In this document: positions 44,016 through 53,297 of the stretch, in pieces
How the letters are laid out: each line of letters starts with the position of its first letter
Numbering within the stretch: the first letter of the stretch is position 1
NCBI GenBank assembly: GCA_965203355.1
Contig: OZ241889.1
Span: 4,061,523 to 4,125,522, forward strand
Length of the DNA: 64,000 nucleotides
Origin: Candidatus Latescibacterota bacterium
GTDB lineage: Bacteria > Latescibacterota > UBA2968 > UBA8231
Direction of reading: 5' to 3'
The notes under the pieces: model-generated
Seen by the model: the letters and a program-made list of their open reading frames with translations, nothing else
Database searches by the model: none
What the model was told of the DNA's origin: nothing
Translations under genes and position numbers: made by a program

Positions 44016-45230
44016 ATGAAAATCACCAACGTCGAATTCTTCCACATCAATCCGCGCCTTTGCGACCGCTACCAAGAGCACGAGGTCCGCTTTTCCGGCA
44101 TCGACACTCAGACCGTCTTCCGCGTAACGCTCGACAATGGCGTCGTCGGCTACGGCGACGAACGCGGCCACGCCTCGCTCTCCGAAGGACACATCGCGGG
44201 CATGATCGACCAGTCGCCGTTCAACTACGTCGCTGGAGCACTCAGCACCGGCCTGATGGGCGCACTGTACGACGCCATGGGCAAGGCCATCGAAGAGCCA
44301 GCGTACAAACTGTTGGGCCAAAAGGTCCGCGACCGCGTACCGGTGGCGGCGTGGACCCGGCCGGCAGCCCCCGAGGATTTTGCCCGCGAAATCCAGCGCG
44401 CCGCCCAAGAGGGCTACACCATTTTCAAGATGCACTCGGCCGCACACCACGACGTGATCGAGCAGACGCGCGCCGCCCAAGAAGTCGCGCCAACTGGCTT
44501 TAAGGTCCACTGGGACTTCAACCACAACCGGCCCGCTACGGCCGTGCTGCGCCTTGTCGATGAACTGGAAAAATTTTCAGTCGTCGGCTTCTTGGAAGAC
44601 CCGCTCTATCCCTACGACATTGAAGGCTGGCGTCTGTTGCGCTCCAAAACCGCCCTGCCGCTCTTAATGCACGTGCCGCAACTCGGAGGCGGCCCGGAGA
44701 TTCAGCGGGATGTGGCCGACCTCTACATGATCGGCGAAATGGGCATTGGCCACTCCATCCGCCGGGGTTTGGCGGCGGCCGCCGCCGGCCTATCTACCGT
44801 GGTCCAGCTCACCGGTGGCACCCTGTGCAAAGCCCTGGCCATGCACTTGGGCGCGGTCATTCCCAATGTCTCGCATTCGACGAACTTAGACGACCAGTAC
44901 GCCGAGGATGTGACCGGAGGCCGTCTCGAAGTCAGCGAGGGCAGCACACCGGTGCCCGAGGGGCCGGGGCTGGGTGTGGAAGTCGATGAACAGATATTAG
45001 CCGAGCTAGCCGCACGGCCCAAGAGCGAACTGCCGCGCCACGTCGGCGTCTTGCACCTGCCCGGCGGCACCACGTACTACACCCCGAGCATCCCGGCGGT
45101 CGAGCGACTGACCGGCTTTGTCGAGGGCAACGTGCGCGGCGTACGCAGCGAGGTCTGGAACGACGACGGCTCCGAGGAATTCGCGCGGATTTACGAACAG
45201 GTGCAAAAACAAGGCAAAGCCAAGGCTTAG
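44016..45230 (+). CDS. enolase-superfamily (mandelate racemase/muconate lactonizing enzyme-like) protein, possible sugar-acid dehydratase
   Basis: 404 aa. N-terminal capping-domain pattern (MKITNVEFF..VFRVTLDNGVVGYGD), barrel region with AYKLLGQKVRDRVPV, and metal-ligand-like HWDFN and LEDP. Substrate not assignable. Confidence 0.75.
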   Translation: MKITNVEFFHINPRLCDRYQEHEVRFSGIDTQTVFRVTLDNGVVGYGDERGHASLSEGHIAGMIDQSPFNYVAGALSTGLMGALYDAMGKAIEEPAYKLLGQKVRDRVPVAAWTRPAAPEDFAREIQRAAQEGYTIFKMHSAAHHDVIEQTRAAQEVAPTGFKVHWDFNHNRPATAVLRLVDELEKFSVVGFLEDPLYPYDIEGWRLLRSKTALPLLMHVPQLGGGPEIQRDVADLYMIGEMGIGHSIRRGLAAAAAGLSTVVQLTGGTLCKALAMHLGAVIPNVSHSTNLDDQYAEDVTGGRLEVSEGSTPVPEGPGLGVEVDEQILAELAARPKSELPRHVGVLHLPGGTTYYTPSIPAVERLTGFVEGNVRGVRSEVWNDDGSEEFARIYEQVQKQGKAKA

Positions 45231-45243
45231 AAAGGGACATTTC

Positions 45244-46383
45244 ATGCTCGACCAACTCGCCTATCTCCGCACGGCCCAGACCGGGCGCGCCTCGTCTTGG
45301 GACGAAACCGGCCGCAACAGCGACGCTTGGTGGATCGAACCGGGTGAGAGCGCAATCCTCGCCGACATCAAAGGCCCCGGCCGCATCACTCACCTGTGGC
45401 TGACCCAATCCAACCACTACCGAGAGTGCTTGCTCAAAATTACGTGGGACGACGCGGACCATCCCAGCGTCGTGTGCCCTTTGGGCGATTTCTTTGGCCT
45501 CGGCCACAGCATCGTCAACTCCTACCAATCCCTGCTCTTTTCCGCCTCGACGCGCAGCAACAATGTTTTTAACACCGGCTGCGCTCTCAACGCGTACGCG
45601 CAAATGCCCTTCCGCCAGCGCGCGGTCGTCGAGCTGGTCAACGAAAGCAGCGAGCGGCATCGCCAGTACTTTTACGTCGATTACGAGATCGGCGACGCGC
45701 CAAGCGAGGCCGGATATTTCCACGCAGAATTCCGCCGCGAAAACCCCTTCGGCGGCTGGGGACCCGAGATTCGCGTCAACTCGCCGGAGGCCAACATCGT
45801 CAACAAGGAACAGGCGGCTTGGGACAACAACTACGTCATCTTGGAGACCCAAGGCCGCGGGCACTATATCGGCTGCAACATCAGCGTCACCAACTTCCAA
45901 GGCACTTGGTGGGGCGAGGGCGACGACATGATCTGGGTCGATGGCTACAAGTGGCCCCCCGAATTGCACGGCACCGGCAGTGAAGATTACCTCAACCAAG
46001 CGTGGGGCATGCAGGACAACGGCTTCTTGCGCAACGGCTCTTCCATCCACGAAAACAACACCAACGGCTACCAAACCTCGTACGTCCACCACCTCGAAAA
46101 CCCCGTTCACTTCCAGCGGGAAATCAAGGCCACCATCGAACACGGCCACGGCAATCACCTCTGCAACGAAATGAGCAGCGTCGCCTATTGGTACGCCGCC
46201 AAACCCACCCGCGTGGCCGAACCCCCGGCCGTCGCCCAACGCCTGCCCGTCCTCCGCGACGCCGAGGGCCAGTGGTTGGGCGATCGCGGGAATCAAATCA
46301 CCAGTCGGAGCATTCGCCCCAACGCAGAAATGGAGCAGATGAAAACGCAATGGGCGGCCAAAGAATCATCCTCTAATAGTTGA
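45244..46383 (+). CDS. DUF2961 (GH172-like) family protein
   Basis: Inner ATG of track ORF 45118..46383. 379 aa starting MLDQLAYLRT.., with GPGRITHLWLT, WWGEGDDMIWVDG and GTGSEDYLNQAWG. Confidence 0.75.
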   Translation: MLDQLAYLRTAQTGRASSWDETGRNSDAWWIEPGESAILADIKGPGRITHLWLTQSNHYRECLLKITWDDADHPSVVCPLGDFFGLGHSIVNSYQSLLFSASTRSNNVFNTGCALNAYAQMPFRQRAVVELVNESSERHRQYFYVDYEIGDAPSEAGYFHAEFRRENPFGGWGPEIRVNSPEANIVNKEQAAWDNNYVILETQGRGHYIGCNISVTNFQGTWWGEGDDMIWVDGYKWPPELHGTGSEDYLNQAWGMQDNGFLRNGSSIHENNTNGYQTSYVHHLENPVHFQREIKATIEHGHGNHLCNEMSSVAYWYAAKPTRVAEPPAVAQRLPVLRDAEGQWLGDRGNQITSRSIRPNAEMEQMKTQWAAKESSSNS

Positions 46384-46394
46384 CCTAACTCCAA

Positions 46395-47033
46395 ATGCTG
46401 ACGACCACGGCCAAAGTTCAAATCGTCCTCGACGTACTCCAGCGGCTCTATCCCAACCCTTCGGTCCCGCTCAAACGCCGGGATCCCTACACGCATCTGA
46501 TTGCCGTGTTGCTTTCGGCGCAATGCACAGATGCGCGCGTAAACCAAGTAACGCCGACACTCTTTGCCCGCGCCGACTGCCCCGAGCGCATGGTCGAACT
46601 GGACGTGGCAGAAATCGAGCAGATCATTCGCTCTTGCGGACTGGCGCCGCGTAAGTCCAAGGCAATCTGGGCGCTGTCGCAAATCCTGCTCGCCGAACAC
46701 GATGGCCAAGTTCCGCCCGATCTGGCTGCACTCGAACGCCTACCTGGCGTGGGGCACAAAACCGCGCAAGTCGTGCTCGCGCAGAACTTCGGCGTGCCGA
46801 CCTTTCCCGTCGATACCCACATCCATCGGCTGATTTACCGTTGGGGGCTTTCCACCGGCAAGAGCGTCGAGCAGACGGAACGAGACTGCAAGCACCTCTT
46901 CCCCACAGCGCACTGGAACGACCTGCACTTGCAAATCATCTACTTTGGCCGCGAGCACTGCCCAGCGCGCCGGCACCAGCCAGCCGAATGCCTCCTGTGC
47001 AGCCGAATAGGCCGCAAGAGCCTGTTCAAGTGA
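46395..47033 (+). CDS. nth: endonuclease III
   Basis: 212 aa with the HhH-GPD motif (LPGVGHKTAQVVL, FPVDTHIHR) and a C-terminal Cys cluster (C..R.....C..C). Confidence 0.9.
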   Translation: MLTTTAKVQIVLDVLQRLYPNPSVPLKRRDPYTHLIAVLLSAQCTDARVNQVTPTLFARADCPERMVELDVAEIEQIIRSCGLAPRKSKAIWALSQILLAEHDGQVPPDLAALERLPGVGHKTAQVVLAQNFGVPTFPVDTHIHRLIYRWGLSTGKSVEQTERDCKHLFPTAHWNDLHLQIIYFGREHCPARRHQPAECLLCSRIGRKSLFK

Positions 47034-47116
47034 GGACGCCTTGGGATTGGCGCATTGCTTGCCGACGTGCCTAAACGTAGTTTGTCAACAGCACACACCT
47101 TATTCCCCCATGCCCA

Positions 47117-48370
47117 ATGCCATTAGCTCTTTCGCTCTTCTTCGTCCTTTTGTCTTGCAGCCCTGAGCCGCGCCAAGACGACACCGTCACCCTCGAGTTC
47201 TGGACCATTGCCCTCGGCGACGCATTTGCCGATTACATCTTGGGCATGATCGCCGAGTACGAGCAGGCGCATCCCGGCGTCCAGGTCAAGTGGGTCGATG
47301 TCAGCGGCGGCGAAGTGGCCGAGAAGTTCCTCGCCGCTTTAGTCGGCGACGCGCCCCCAGACTTGGCCAACATCTACGACCTGCCCCGCTTCCTGCAATA
47401 CGACATTCTCGTCAACATGGACGAAGCGGTCTCCCCAGCCGAAAAAGCCAAACGGCTCGAAAACTTCTGGCGCGGCGTTGGCTACTTCCAAGGCAGCAAC
47501 TACGCCATCCCTTGGTACATCGGCGTCACCATGCTCTGGTACAACAAGGACCTCTTCGCCCAAGCCGGCCTCGACCCCGAGCATCCGCCGGCCACCATCG
47601 ACGAGATGTTCGCCATGGGCCACCAAATACGCGAGCGCACCGGCAAATACGGAATCTCTTGGCGCCTGCATCCCTCGCTCGTGGCTCCACCTTGGGCCTT
47701 GTTGCGCCTAGACGGATTTTGGCCGCTGTTCGCTCCCAATCTCCGCCGCACCCGCATCAACCACCCCGAGGCCAAGGCCATCTTGCAGCAGTGGATCAAC
47801 GCCTATCAGCAAGAAATCGTGCCGCCCGAAGCCATCGCCGCCGCCCACCGCGACGAGGTCAATTGGTTCATCGAGGGGCGTGCGGCCATGTTGCCCTTTT
47901 CCGGTGGCTGGATCACCCGCTACTTCGACGACTCCTTTGCCAACAAGGCGGTGCCGGCACCCATGCCGCGGGGTCGCCTCGGCCAAGTGCCGGCCACCAG
48001 CCAAGTCTTGGTCGTGCCCAAAGCCTCGCCCCACGTAGAGCAAGCCGTTGACTTCGGGCTGTTTGTCACCAACGACGCCAACCAGCTCGAATTTTGCCGC
48101 CGCGTAGCCATCTTGCCCTCGACCGTGGCCGCGGCCGCCGATCCGTACTTCCGCCGCCCACCCGCCACGCTGGCCGACGCGGCCAACCAACACTCCGCGG
48201 CCGACATCCCCCATTCCTTTGTCATGGCTCCGCCCGACGTCAAAGGCTGGAGCCGGATGGAGGACATCCTCCACGAGGAATTCGCCAAAGCATTGGCCGG
48301 CCAGCAAAGTGCGGACGCAGCCCTGCGCCGCATCGAATCCAAGTGGAACCACCTCTTGCGCTTCCATTGA
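47117..48370 (+). CDS. ABC sugar transporter substrate-binding lipoprotein (CUT1 type)
   Basis: 417 aa with lipobox LFFVLLSC and a family-1 solute-binding pattern (WYNKDLF, LVVPKAS). Confidence 0.85.
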   Translation: MPLALSLFFVLLSCSPEPRQDDTVTLEFWTIALGDAFADYILGMIAEYEQAHPGVQVKWVDVSGGEVAEKFLAALVGDAPPDLANIYDLPRFLQYDILVNMDEAVSPAEKAKRLENFWRGVGYFQGSNYAIPWYIGVTMLWYNKDLFAQAGLDPEHPPATIDEMFAMGHQIRERTGKYGISWRLHPSLVAPPWALLRLDGFWPLFAPNLRRTRINHPEAKAILQQWINAYQQEIVPPEAIAAAHRDEVNWFIEGRAAMLPFSGGWITRYFDDSFANKAVPAPMPRGRLGQVPATSQVLVVPKASPHVEQAVDFGLFVTNDANQLEFCRRVAILPSTVAAAADPYFRRPPATLADAANQHSAADIPHSFVMAPPDVKGWSRMEDILHEEFAKALAGQQSADAALRRIESKWNHLLRFH

Positions 48371-48399
48371 GACCAACCCGAGCCAACTCGCCATTGACC

Positions 48400-49320
48400 A
48401 TGGACAGACGCTGCACACCTTATCTTTTTGTCGCCCCCGGGCTGTTGCTCCTAGTCGTGTTCTTCGCCTATCCCTTGCTCGACACGCTCTATCTCAGCCT
48501 GCACCGCTACAACATCTTCTCGCCGCCCACCTTCGTCGGCCTCGACAACTTTCGCCGCGCTTGGGGCGACGAGCTATTCTGGCGGGTCTTGGCCAATACG
48601 CTGCTCTACGCGATTATCGTCGTGCCCGCGCTCGTCGTGCTCTCGTTTTTCATGGCGCTGTTGCTCGACAACTCGCTGCGGCTGATCAAGGTGTTTCGCA
48701 CCCTGTACTACATTCCAGTCGTCACCTCCATCGTCGTCGCTGGCATCGTCTGGAAGTGGCTTTACAACGCCGATGGCCTGCTCAACGCCTTCCTCAAGGA
48801 GCTGGGCGTCAGCGGCCCGTCGTGGCTGGCCGATGTGCGCGGCGTCCCCGAAGCGTTCTTGAGCCTACTGGGCGTGGAGACCCAATCCGCGTGGTTGACC
48901 GAGCCGGCGATTGCCCTGTTTGCCGTGGCCATGGTCACCGTGTGGAAGGCCGCGCCGTACTACATGATCATCTATCTGGCCGGCTTACAAGGCATCCCCC
49001 CCCAGCTCAAAGAAGCCGCGCACGTCGATGGAGCGGGTTGGTGGCAAGTCGTGCGCCACGTCATCATCCCGACGATCAAGCCCTACACACTCGTGGTCTC
49101 CATCATCGCCACCATCGCCGCCTTGCGCACCTTCGGGGAAGTGTACGTGATGACCGGCGGCGGCCCCTTCCACCGCACCAACCTATTGGCCTATTACATC
49201 TATACGCTCGGGTTCAAATACCTCGAAGTAGGGTACGCCGCGGCTGTTTCGCTGTGCTTGCTGGTCGTCATATTGATCTTTGCCCTGATCAACTTTCGCA
49301 TCGCCGGCCGAGGAGACTGA
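48400..49320 (+). CDS. ABC sugar transporter permease (MalF/UgpA-like)
   Basis: Inner ATG of track ORF 48094..49320. 306 aa starting MDRRCTPYLFVAPGLLLLVVFFAYPL, with the EAA loop LKEAAHVDGAGWWQVVRHVIIP. Confidence 0.85.
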   Translation: MDRRCTPYLFVAPGLLLLVVFFAYPLLDTLYLSLHRYNIFSPPTFVGLDNFRRAWGDELFWRVLANTLLYAIIVVPALVVLSFFMALLLDNSLRLIKVFRTLYYIPVVTSIVVAGIVWKWLYNADGLLNAFLKELGVSGPSWLADVRGVPEAFLSLLGVETQSAWLTEPAIALFAVAMVTVWKAAPYYMIIYLAGLQGIPPQLKEAAHVDGAGWWQVVRHVIIPTIKPYTLVVSIIATIAALRTFGEVYVMTGGGPFHRTNLLAYYIYTLGFKYLEVGYAAAVSLCLLVVILIFALINFRIAGRGD

Positions 49321-49321
49321 G

Positions 49322-50137
49322 ATGGTCCAACGCATTCTGCTCTACGCAATCCTGTGCGCGGTCGGTGCGGTCTTACTGACCCCTTTCGCCTGGCTGCTAT
49401 CTACCGCGCTCAAAGCCGAGTCCGCCGATCTGTTCGCCCATCCGCCGCAGTGGATCCCCGACCCCATCGTCTGGGGCAACTTCGCCAAGGCTTGGAACAT
49501 CCTCCCATTCGCGCGCTACCTCTTCAATACCTTTTACATCGCCATCGCCACGGTCCTACTCAACTTGACGTGCTGCTCGCTGGCTGGCTACGCCCTCGCC
49601 CGCATGAATTTCCGCGGGCGCCAAGCCATTTTCTACTGCATCTTGGCCACGACCATGGTGCCGTTCCAAGTCCTCTTAATCCCGCTTTTCATCGTCACCT
49701 TGAAGCTCGGTCTCGTGGATTCGTACGCCGGCGTCATCCTGCCGGTGGCGGTCAACGCCTTTGGCATCTTCCTCCTGCGCCAAGCCTTCACTACCATTCC
49801 CACGGATCTCGAAGACGCCGCCCGCATCGACGGCTGCGGCCCGTTTGCCATCTATGCACGCATTATGATGCCCCTCGTCAAACCGGCCCTCGCCGCGCAG
49901 GCCGCGTTCACGTTTGTGGCCCAGTGGAACGACTTCCTGTGGCCGCTCGTGGTACTCAAAAGCCGCGAGCTGTACACCCTGCAATTGGGGCTGGCCAGCC
50001 TCCAAGGCGTCTTTGGCGTCAACTGGCGCTACATTTCAGCGGCCTCGATCATCGCCTTGGTGCCGACCGTGCTGTTCTTCCTCTTCACCCAGCGATTTTT
50101 TACGCAGGGGCTGACGGCTGGGGCCGTGAAGGAATAG
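49322..50137 (+). CDS. ABC sugar transporter permease (MalG/UgpE-like)
   Basis: 271 aa with the EAA loop LEDAARIDGCGPFAIYARIMMPL. Confidence 0.85.
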   Translation: MVQRILLYAILCAVGAVLLTPFAWLLSTALKAESADLFAHPPQWIPDPIVWGNFAKAWNILPFARYLFNTFYIAIATVLLNLTCCSLAGYALARMNFRGRQAIFYCILATTMVPFQVLLIPLFIVTLKLGLVDSYAGVILPVAVNAFGIFLLRQAFTTIPTDLEDAARIDGCGPFAIYARIMMPLVKPALAAQAAFTFVAQWNDFLWPLVVLKSRELYTLQLGLASLQGVFGVNWRYISAASIIALVPTVLFFLFTQRFFTQGLTAGAVKE

Positions 50138-50191
50138 CCGAGTTGGTTTCTAGCCGACTGGCACAATTTTTAGTTACCCTGGAGAACTGTT

Positions 50192-50494
50192 ATGACTATA
50201 CCTGCAATCCATCCGGGAGAACACCTTGCCGAGGAGTTGAGAGAACTCGACATGAGCGCAGCATCACTCGCACGACAGATTGAGGTGTCCACCAGCCGAA
50301 TCACCGAAATCCTCAACGGGCGACGTGCAATCACGGGCGATACGGCCCTGAGGCTGGCTCATTTTTTCGACACCAGCGCAGAATTCTGGCTAAACTTGCA
50401 GAAGCTCTATGAGTTGCGGATTGCCGAGGAGAAAATAGGCGGGGGTATTAGATCACTGCCAACACTCAAGAACCGCGAGGCTGTGCAGACTTAA
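50192..50494 (+). CDS. higA: HigA-family antitoxin (XRE HTH)
   Basis: 100 aa. IHPGEHLAEELRELDMSAASLARQIEVSTSRITEILNGRRAITGDTALRLAHFFDTSAEFWLNLQ is the canonical HigA pattern. Confidence 0.8.
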   Translation: MTIPAIHPGEHLAEELRELDMSAASLARQIEVSTSRITEILNGRRAITGDTALRLAHFFDTSAEFWLNLQKLYELRIAEEKIGGGIRSLPTLKNREAVQT

Positions 50495-50713
50495 CGCACG
50501 AGAAGGAAGAATCAGTGGAAAGACAAGACTACAACCACTAATAAGACCTGCTTCAAGATAAGCACCAACCAGCAAATACAGTGCCTTTATAGGAGTTTGC
50601 ATGAAAAGCTCTGTTCCTCTTCGGTTCCAACCATAAGTTCCTCGGGAAAGACGCTTACAAAACGTGGAAATAATAGCGGCGGCGTCCCTACGAATAGCTA
50701 CCTAACCGCTGAT

Positions 50714-50727
50714 GTACAACGTTGTAC
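50714..50727. promoter_or_regulatory. perfect 14-bp palindrome, possible operator
   Basis: GTACAACGTTGTAC, located 17 nt upstream of ATG 50745. Confidence 0.3.
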
Positions 50728-50744
50728 CCAGAGGAACCAACAAC

Positions 50745-51752
50745 ATGGACATCCACGCGATCCAACGCGCCATTGACGCCCTGCCCCGTCACCGCCTGAC
50801 GCATTTGCCAACGCCCTTGCAGCACTGTCCGCGGCTGTCGGCCGCGCTCGGGGGACCGCAAATATGGATCAAACGCGACGACCTGACCGGCCTCGCCTTG
50901 GGCGGCAATAAGTCCCGCTACCTCGAATTCACGCTCGCCGAAGCTACGGACCAAGGGTGCGATGCGGCCGTGTTGAGCGCGGTCGTCCAGTCCAATCATT
51001 GCCGCCAATTCGCCGCCGCCTGCGCCCAACTCGGCCTCAAGGGCGTCGTCGTCCTGCGCGAGGACGATTCCATCATGGGGCGCAAATCGCCGGCCCAAGG
51101 CAACTACCTTTTAGACCAGTTGTGTGGAGTGCGAATCCGCTTTGCTCGGCCCGAGCGCATAAGCGCAACCGTAGCCGAGGAAATGGCGCAGCTCAAAGAA
51201 GAAGGGTACAAGCCTTTCACCGGCCTGTCCGGCCTGTTGTCGCGCGTTGCCTACATCCAATGTGCCTTGGAAATCGAAACCCAACTGTGCGCCGCCGGCA
51301 TCCAAGCCGACGATGTGGTAATTGGGTCGGGTGGAAACAGCTTGGCCGGGCTAGTGGCTGGCTTTGCCCTCTTGGGGCGATCGGCCCGCTTCCTCGGCAC
51401 ACCCCAGAGCAAGCTGAGCCAGCGCGCAGGAGCGTCTGAGCGCATCGCGCAATCCGCCGCGGAAGCCGCGGCCCACCTCGGCCTCGAATGCACACTCGCC
51501 CCCGAGCGCATCGCCGTGACCGATGAGTACGTCGGCCCGGGCTTCGGCCACTTGGACCGGGCCACGCTCGACAGCATCCGCCTCCTCGCCCAAAGCGAGG
51601 GCATCTTCGTCGATCCCACCTATTCGGGCAAGGGCTTGGCCGGCCTAATTGATCAGGTGCGCCACGGGCGTTTCCGCGCCAGCGAAAACATCGTCTTTGT
51701 CCACACTGGCGGAACGCCGCTGTTGTTCGCCTATGGGGAAGCCCTACTCTAA
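50745..51752 (+). CDS. PLP-dependent D-cysteine desulfhydrase / ACC deaminase family protein
   Basis: 335 aa from the inner ATG, with LTHLPTPLQ, IWIKRDDLTGLALGGNKSRYLEF and VFVHTGG. Confidence 0.8.
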   Translation: MDIHAIQRAIDALPRHRLTHLPTPLQHCPRLSAALGGPQIWIKRDDLTGLALGGNKSRYLEFTLAEATDQGCDAAVLSAVVQSNHCRQFAAACAQLGLKGVVVLREDDSIMGRKSPAQGNYLLDQLCGVRIRFARPERISATVAEEMAQLKEEGYKPFTGLSGLLSRVAYIQCALEIETQLCAAGIQADDVVIGSGGNSLAGLVAGFALLGRSARFLGTPQSKLSQRAGASERIAQSAAEAAAHLGLECTLAPERIAVTDEYVGPGFGHLDRATLDSIRLLAQSEGIFVDPTYSGKGLAGLIDQVRHGRFRASENIVFVHTGGTPLLFAYGEALL

Positions 51753-53282
51753 CCCCAACGGCCCCACCAACTCGTCCAGCGCGTCAGCCAGCGGCTGTGG
51801 GTCGGCGAGGTCGGCGATGATGGCTGCCAAGAACGCCACGCCGCCGCGCCGGGCAAAATCCGCAATCTGCGCGTAGCTCAGCTTGGGCAGGTCGGTTAGC
51901 TGCTCGCCGACTAAGTGCGCCAGTCGCTGTTCTAAGATCGGCGGTCGCTCGGCGTACGGCATGTTCTTCAGCAGCAGGATTAGGTCGTTCCGCGCTAATA
52001 CGCGCGCGCGGACTCCGTAGCCCAAGCGGCGACAATACCCGTCAAAATCGTCCAAAGCGTCTGCACGACCCCCGGCCAAACCCAGCGCATCCTCCCGCGC
52101 AAAGAGGCCCGTCATTATGGTCTGTGCTATTAGGTAGTGCCCCCACACCGTGGGATGCAAATACTCAGCGATGAGCTCGTCGCCGACCAAACCAGCCGGT
52201 GCATGGGCGGCAAACGCCTGCTCCACGTCGATCAAGATCGCACCCGACTCAGCAGCCAAGGTGCGAATGGCATGGTTGAAGGGCGAGCAGGCCCGCAGGT
52301 GAATGCCGTCTAAATCGCGGGCACGCACAAACGCGGCCAGCGCCCGAGCCGAGTCCCCCGCCGCTTGATGCGCCAAGCCCGCGTCAAAGTGCAGGGCCGC
52401 GTGCTGCGGATAATCCGCGAGCACCGCACCCGGCGGCGGGGCCGGCCCTTGCGAGCGCAGGGGATAAAATCCAGCCAAATTGGAAACCAGCGTACAGAGC
52501 GCAACCGGCACCTCGCGCGCGTGCAACACCTCGACTATCTCGGCCAAATTGCGCTGATAATGGGCCTCGGTCTGCCGGTGCGCTTCGTCCTCCAAGTAGA
52601 TCGCGCGTTGCACCAAGTGAACGCCAAAGGATTGGGCGGGTGCGGCGGGGCGCAGTGCAGCCGCGACGTAGTGCAGCAGGCTATCGAGCAGGTAGTAGCT
52701 CTTGGTCCGCTGTAGGAACATCTGCAACTCGATGAAGGTCCTGTTGCCACTCAAGCGCACAAACGGAGTCGCGGCCCCGTACGGCCCCACGAACTCGTTG
52801 TGGCCGGCATAGATCAAAACCAGATCCGGCTCGTGCTCGACCACCTCGGCGACAAACTCGCGCACGACGAAAGAATTGATCGCGGTGACGCCGCAGTTGA
52901 CGACCTCGATCGCGCGCGCTGGATACGCATCCGCGAGCATCTGTTGCAAAAAGTTGGGAAACGAAGTGTAAGTGGGGTTGGGAAAGCCGAGCAGGGTCGA
53001 AGCCCCCAGCGCGAACACGCGAAACGCACGTGCGTCTTTGTCGCTGGCAAAGCGATCCTGCCCCGGGGCTAAGCGCACGTACTGGCGCGGGAAGAAACGC
53101 CGCGCAGCCTGCGGGTTGAGGCGGTAGGACGAGCCGCTGGCCACAAAAAGAGCGTCATCCGGCCCCACGCCCACCAGCCACAAGCCCGCCTCAAAAAGCC
53201 CGACTAACGACCAACCAACTAGGAGGGCAAGGACCCGACTTTTTGCCCTGTTTACCGTTTTTGCTTTGTTTGACGCCTTCAT
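51744..53282 (-). CDS. membrane-anchored SGNH/GDSL-like hydrolase-fold protein
   Basis: 512 aa from ATG 53282. N-terminal TM (VLALLVGWSLVGLFEAGLWLVGV). SGNH-like blocks: FALGASTLLG, NCGVTAINS, YAGHNEF and YLHPTVWGH. The C-terminal half is unassigned. Confidence 0.6.
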   Translation of the reverse strand: MKASNKAKTVNRAKSRVLALLVGWSLVGLFEAGLWLVGVGPDDALFVASGSSYRLNPQAARRFFPRQYVRLAPGQDRFASDKDARAFRVFALGASTLLGFPNPTYTSFPNFLQQMLADAYPARAIEVVNCGVTAINSFVVREFVAEVVEHEPDLVLIYAGHNEFVGPYGAATPFVRLSGNRTFIELQMFLQRTKSYYLLDSLLHYVAAALRPAAPAQSFGVHLVQRAIYLEDEAHRQTEAHYQRNLAEIVEVLHAREVPVALCTLVSNLAGFYPLRSQGPAPPPGAVLADYPQHAALHFDAGLAHQAAGDSARALAAFVRARDLDGIHLRACSPFNHAIRTLAAESGAILIDVEQAFAAHAPAGLVGDELIAEYLHPTVWGHYLIAQTIMTGLFAREDALGLAGGRADALDDFDGYCRRLGYGVRARVLARNDLILLLKNMPYAERPPILEQRLAHLVGEQLTDLPKLSYAQIADFARRGGVAFLAAIIADLADPQPLADALDELVGPLGLE

Positions 53283-53297
53283 CAACTGTTAAAAATC

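Noticed and set aside
44932-46350. 472-aa minus-strand ORF, the longest unannotated ORF in the track.
   Set aside because: It is antisense to the well-supported enolase-superfamily and DUF2961 genes. Its composition is Ala/Gly/Arg/Val-rich and low-complexity, typical of shadow ORFs in high-G+C DNA. No family motif.
50450-50602. 50-codon minus-strand hydrophobic ORF (MQTPIKALYLLVGAYLEAGLISGC..) as the missing toxin partner of HigA.
   Set aside because: It overlaps the higA 3' end on the opposite strand, has no RBS, and bears no resemblance to HigB/RelE folds. Support is too weak.
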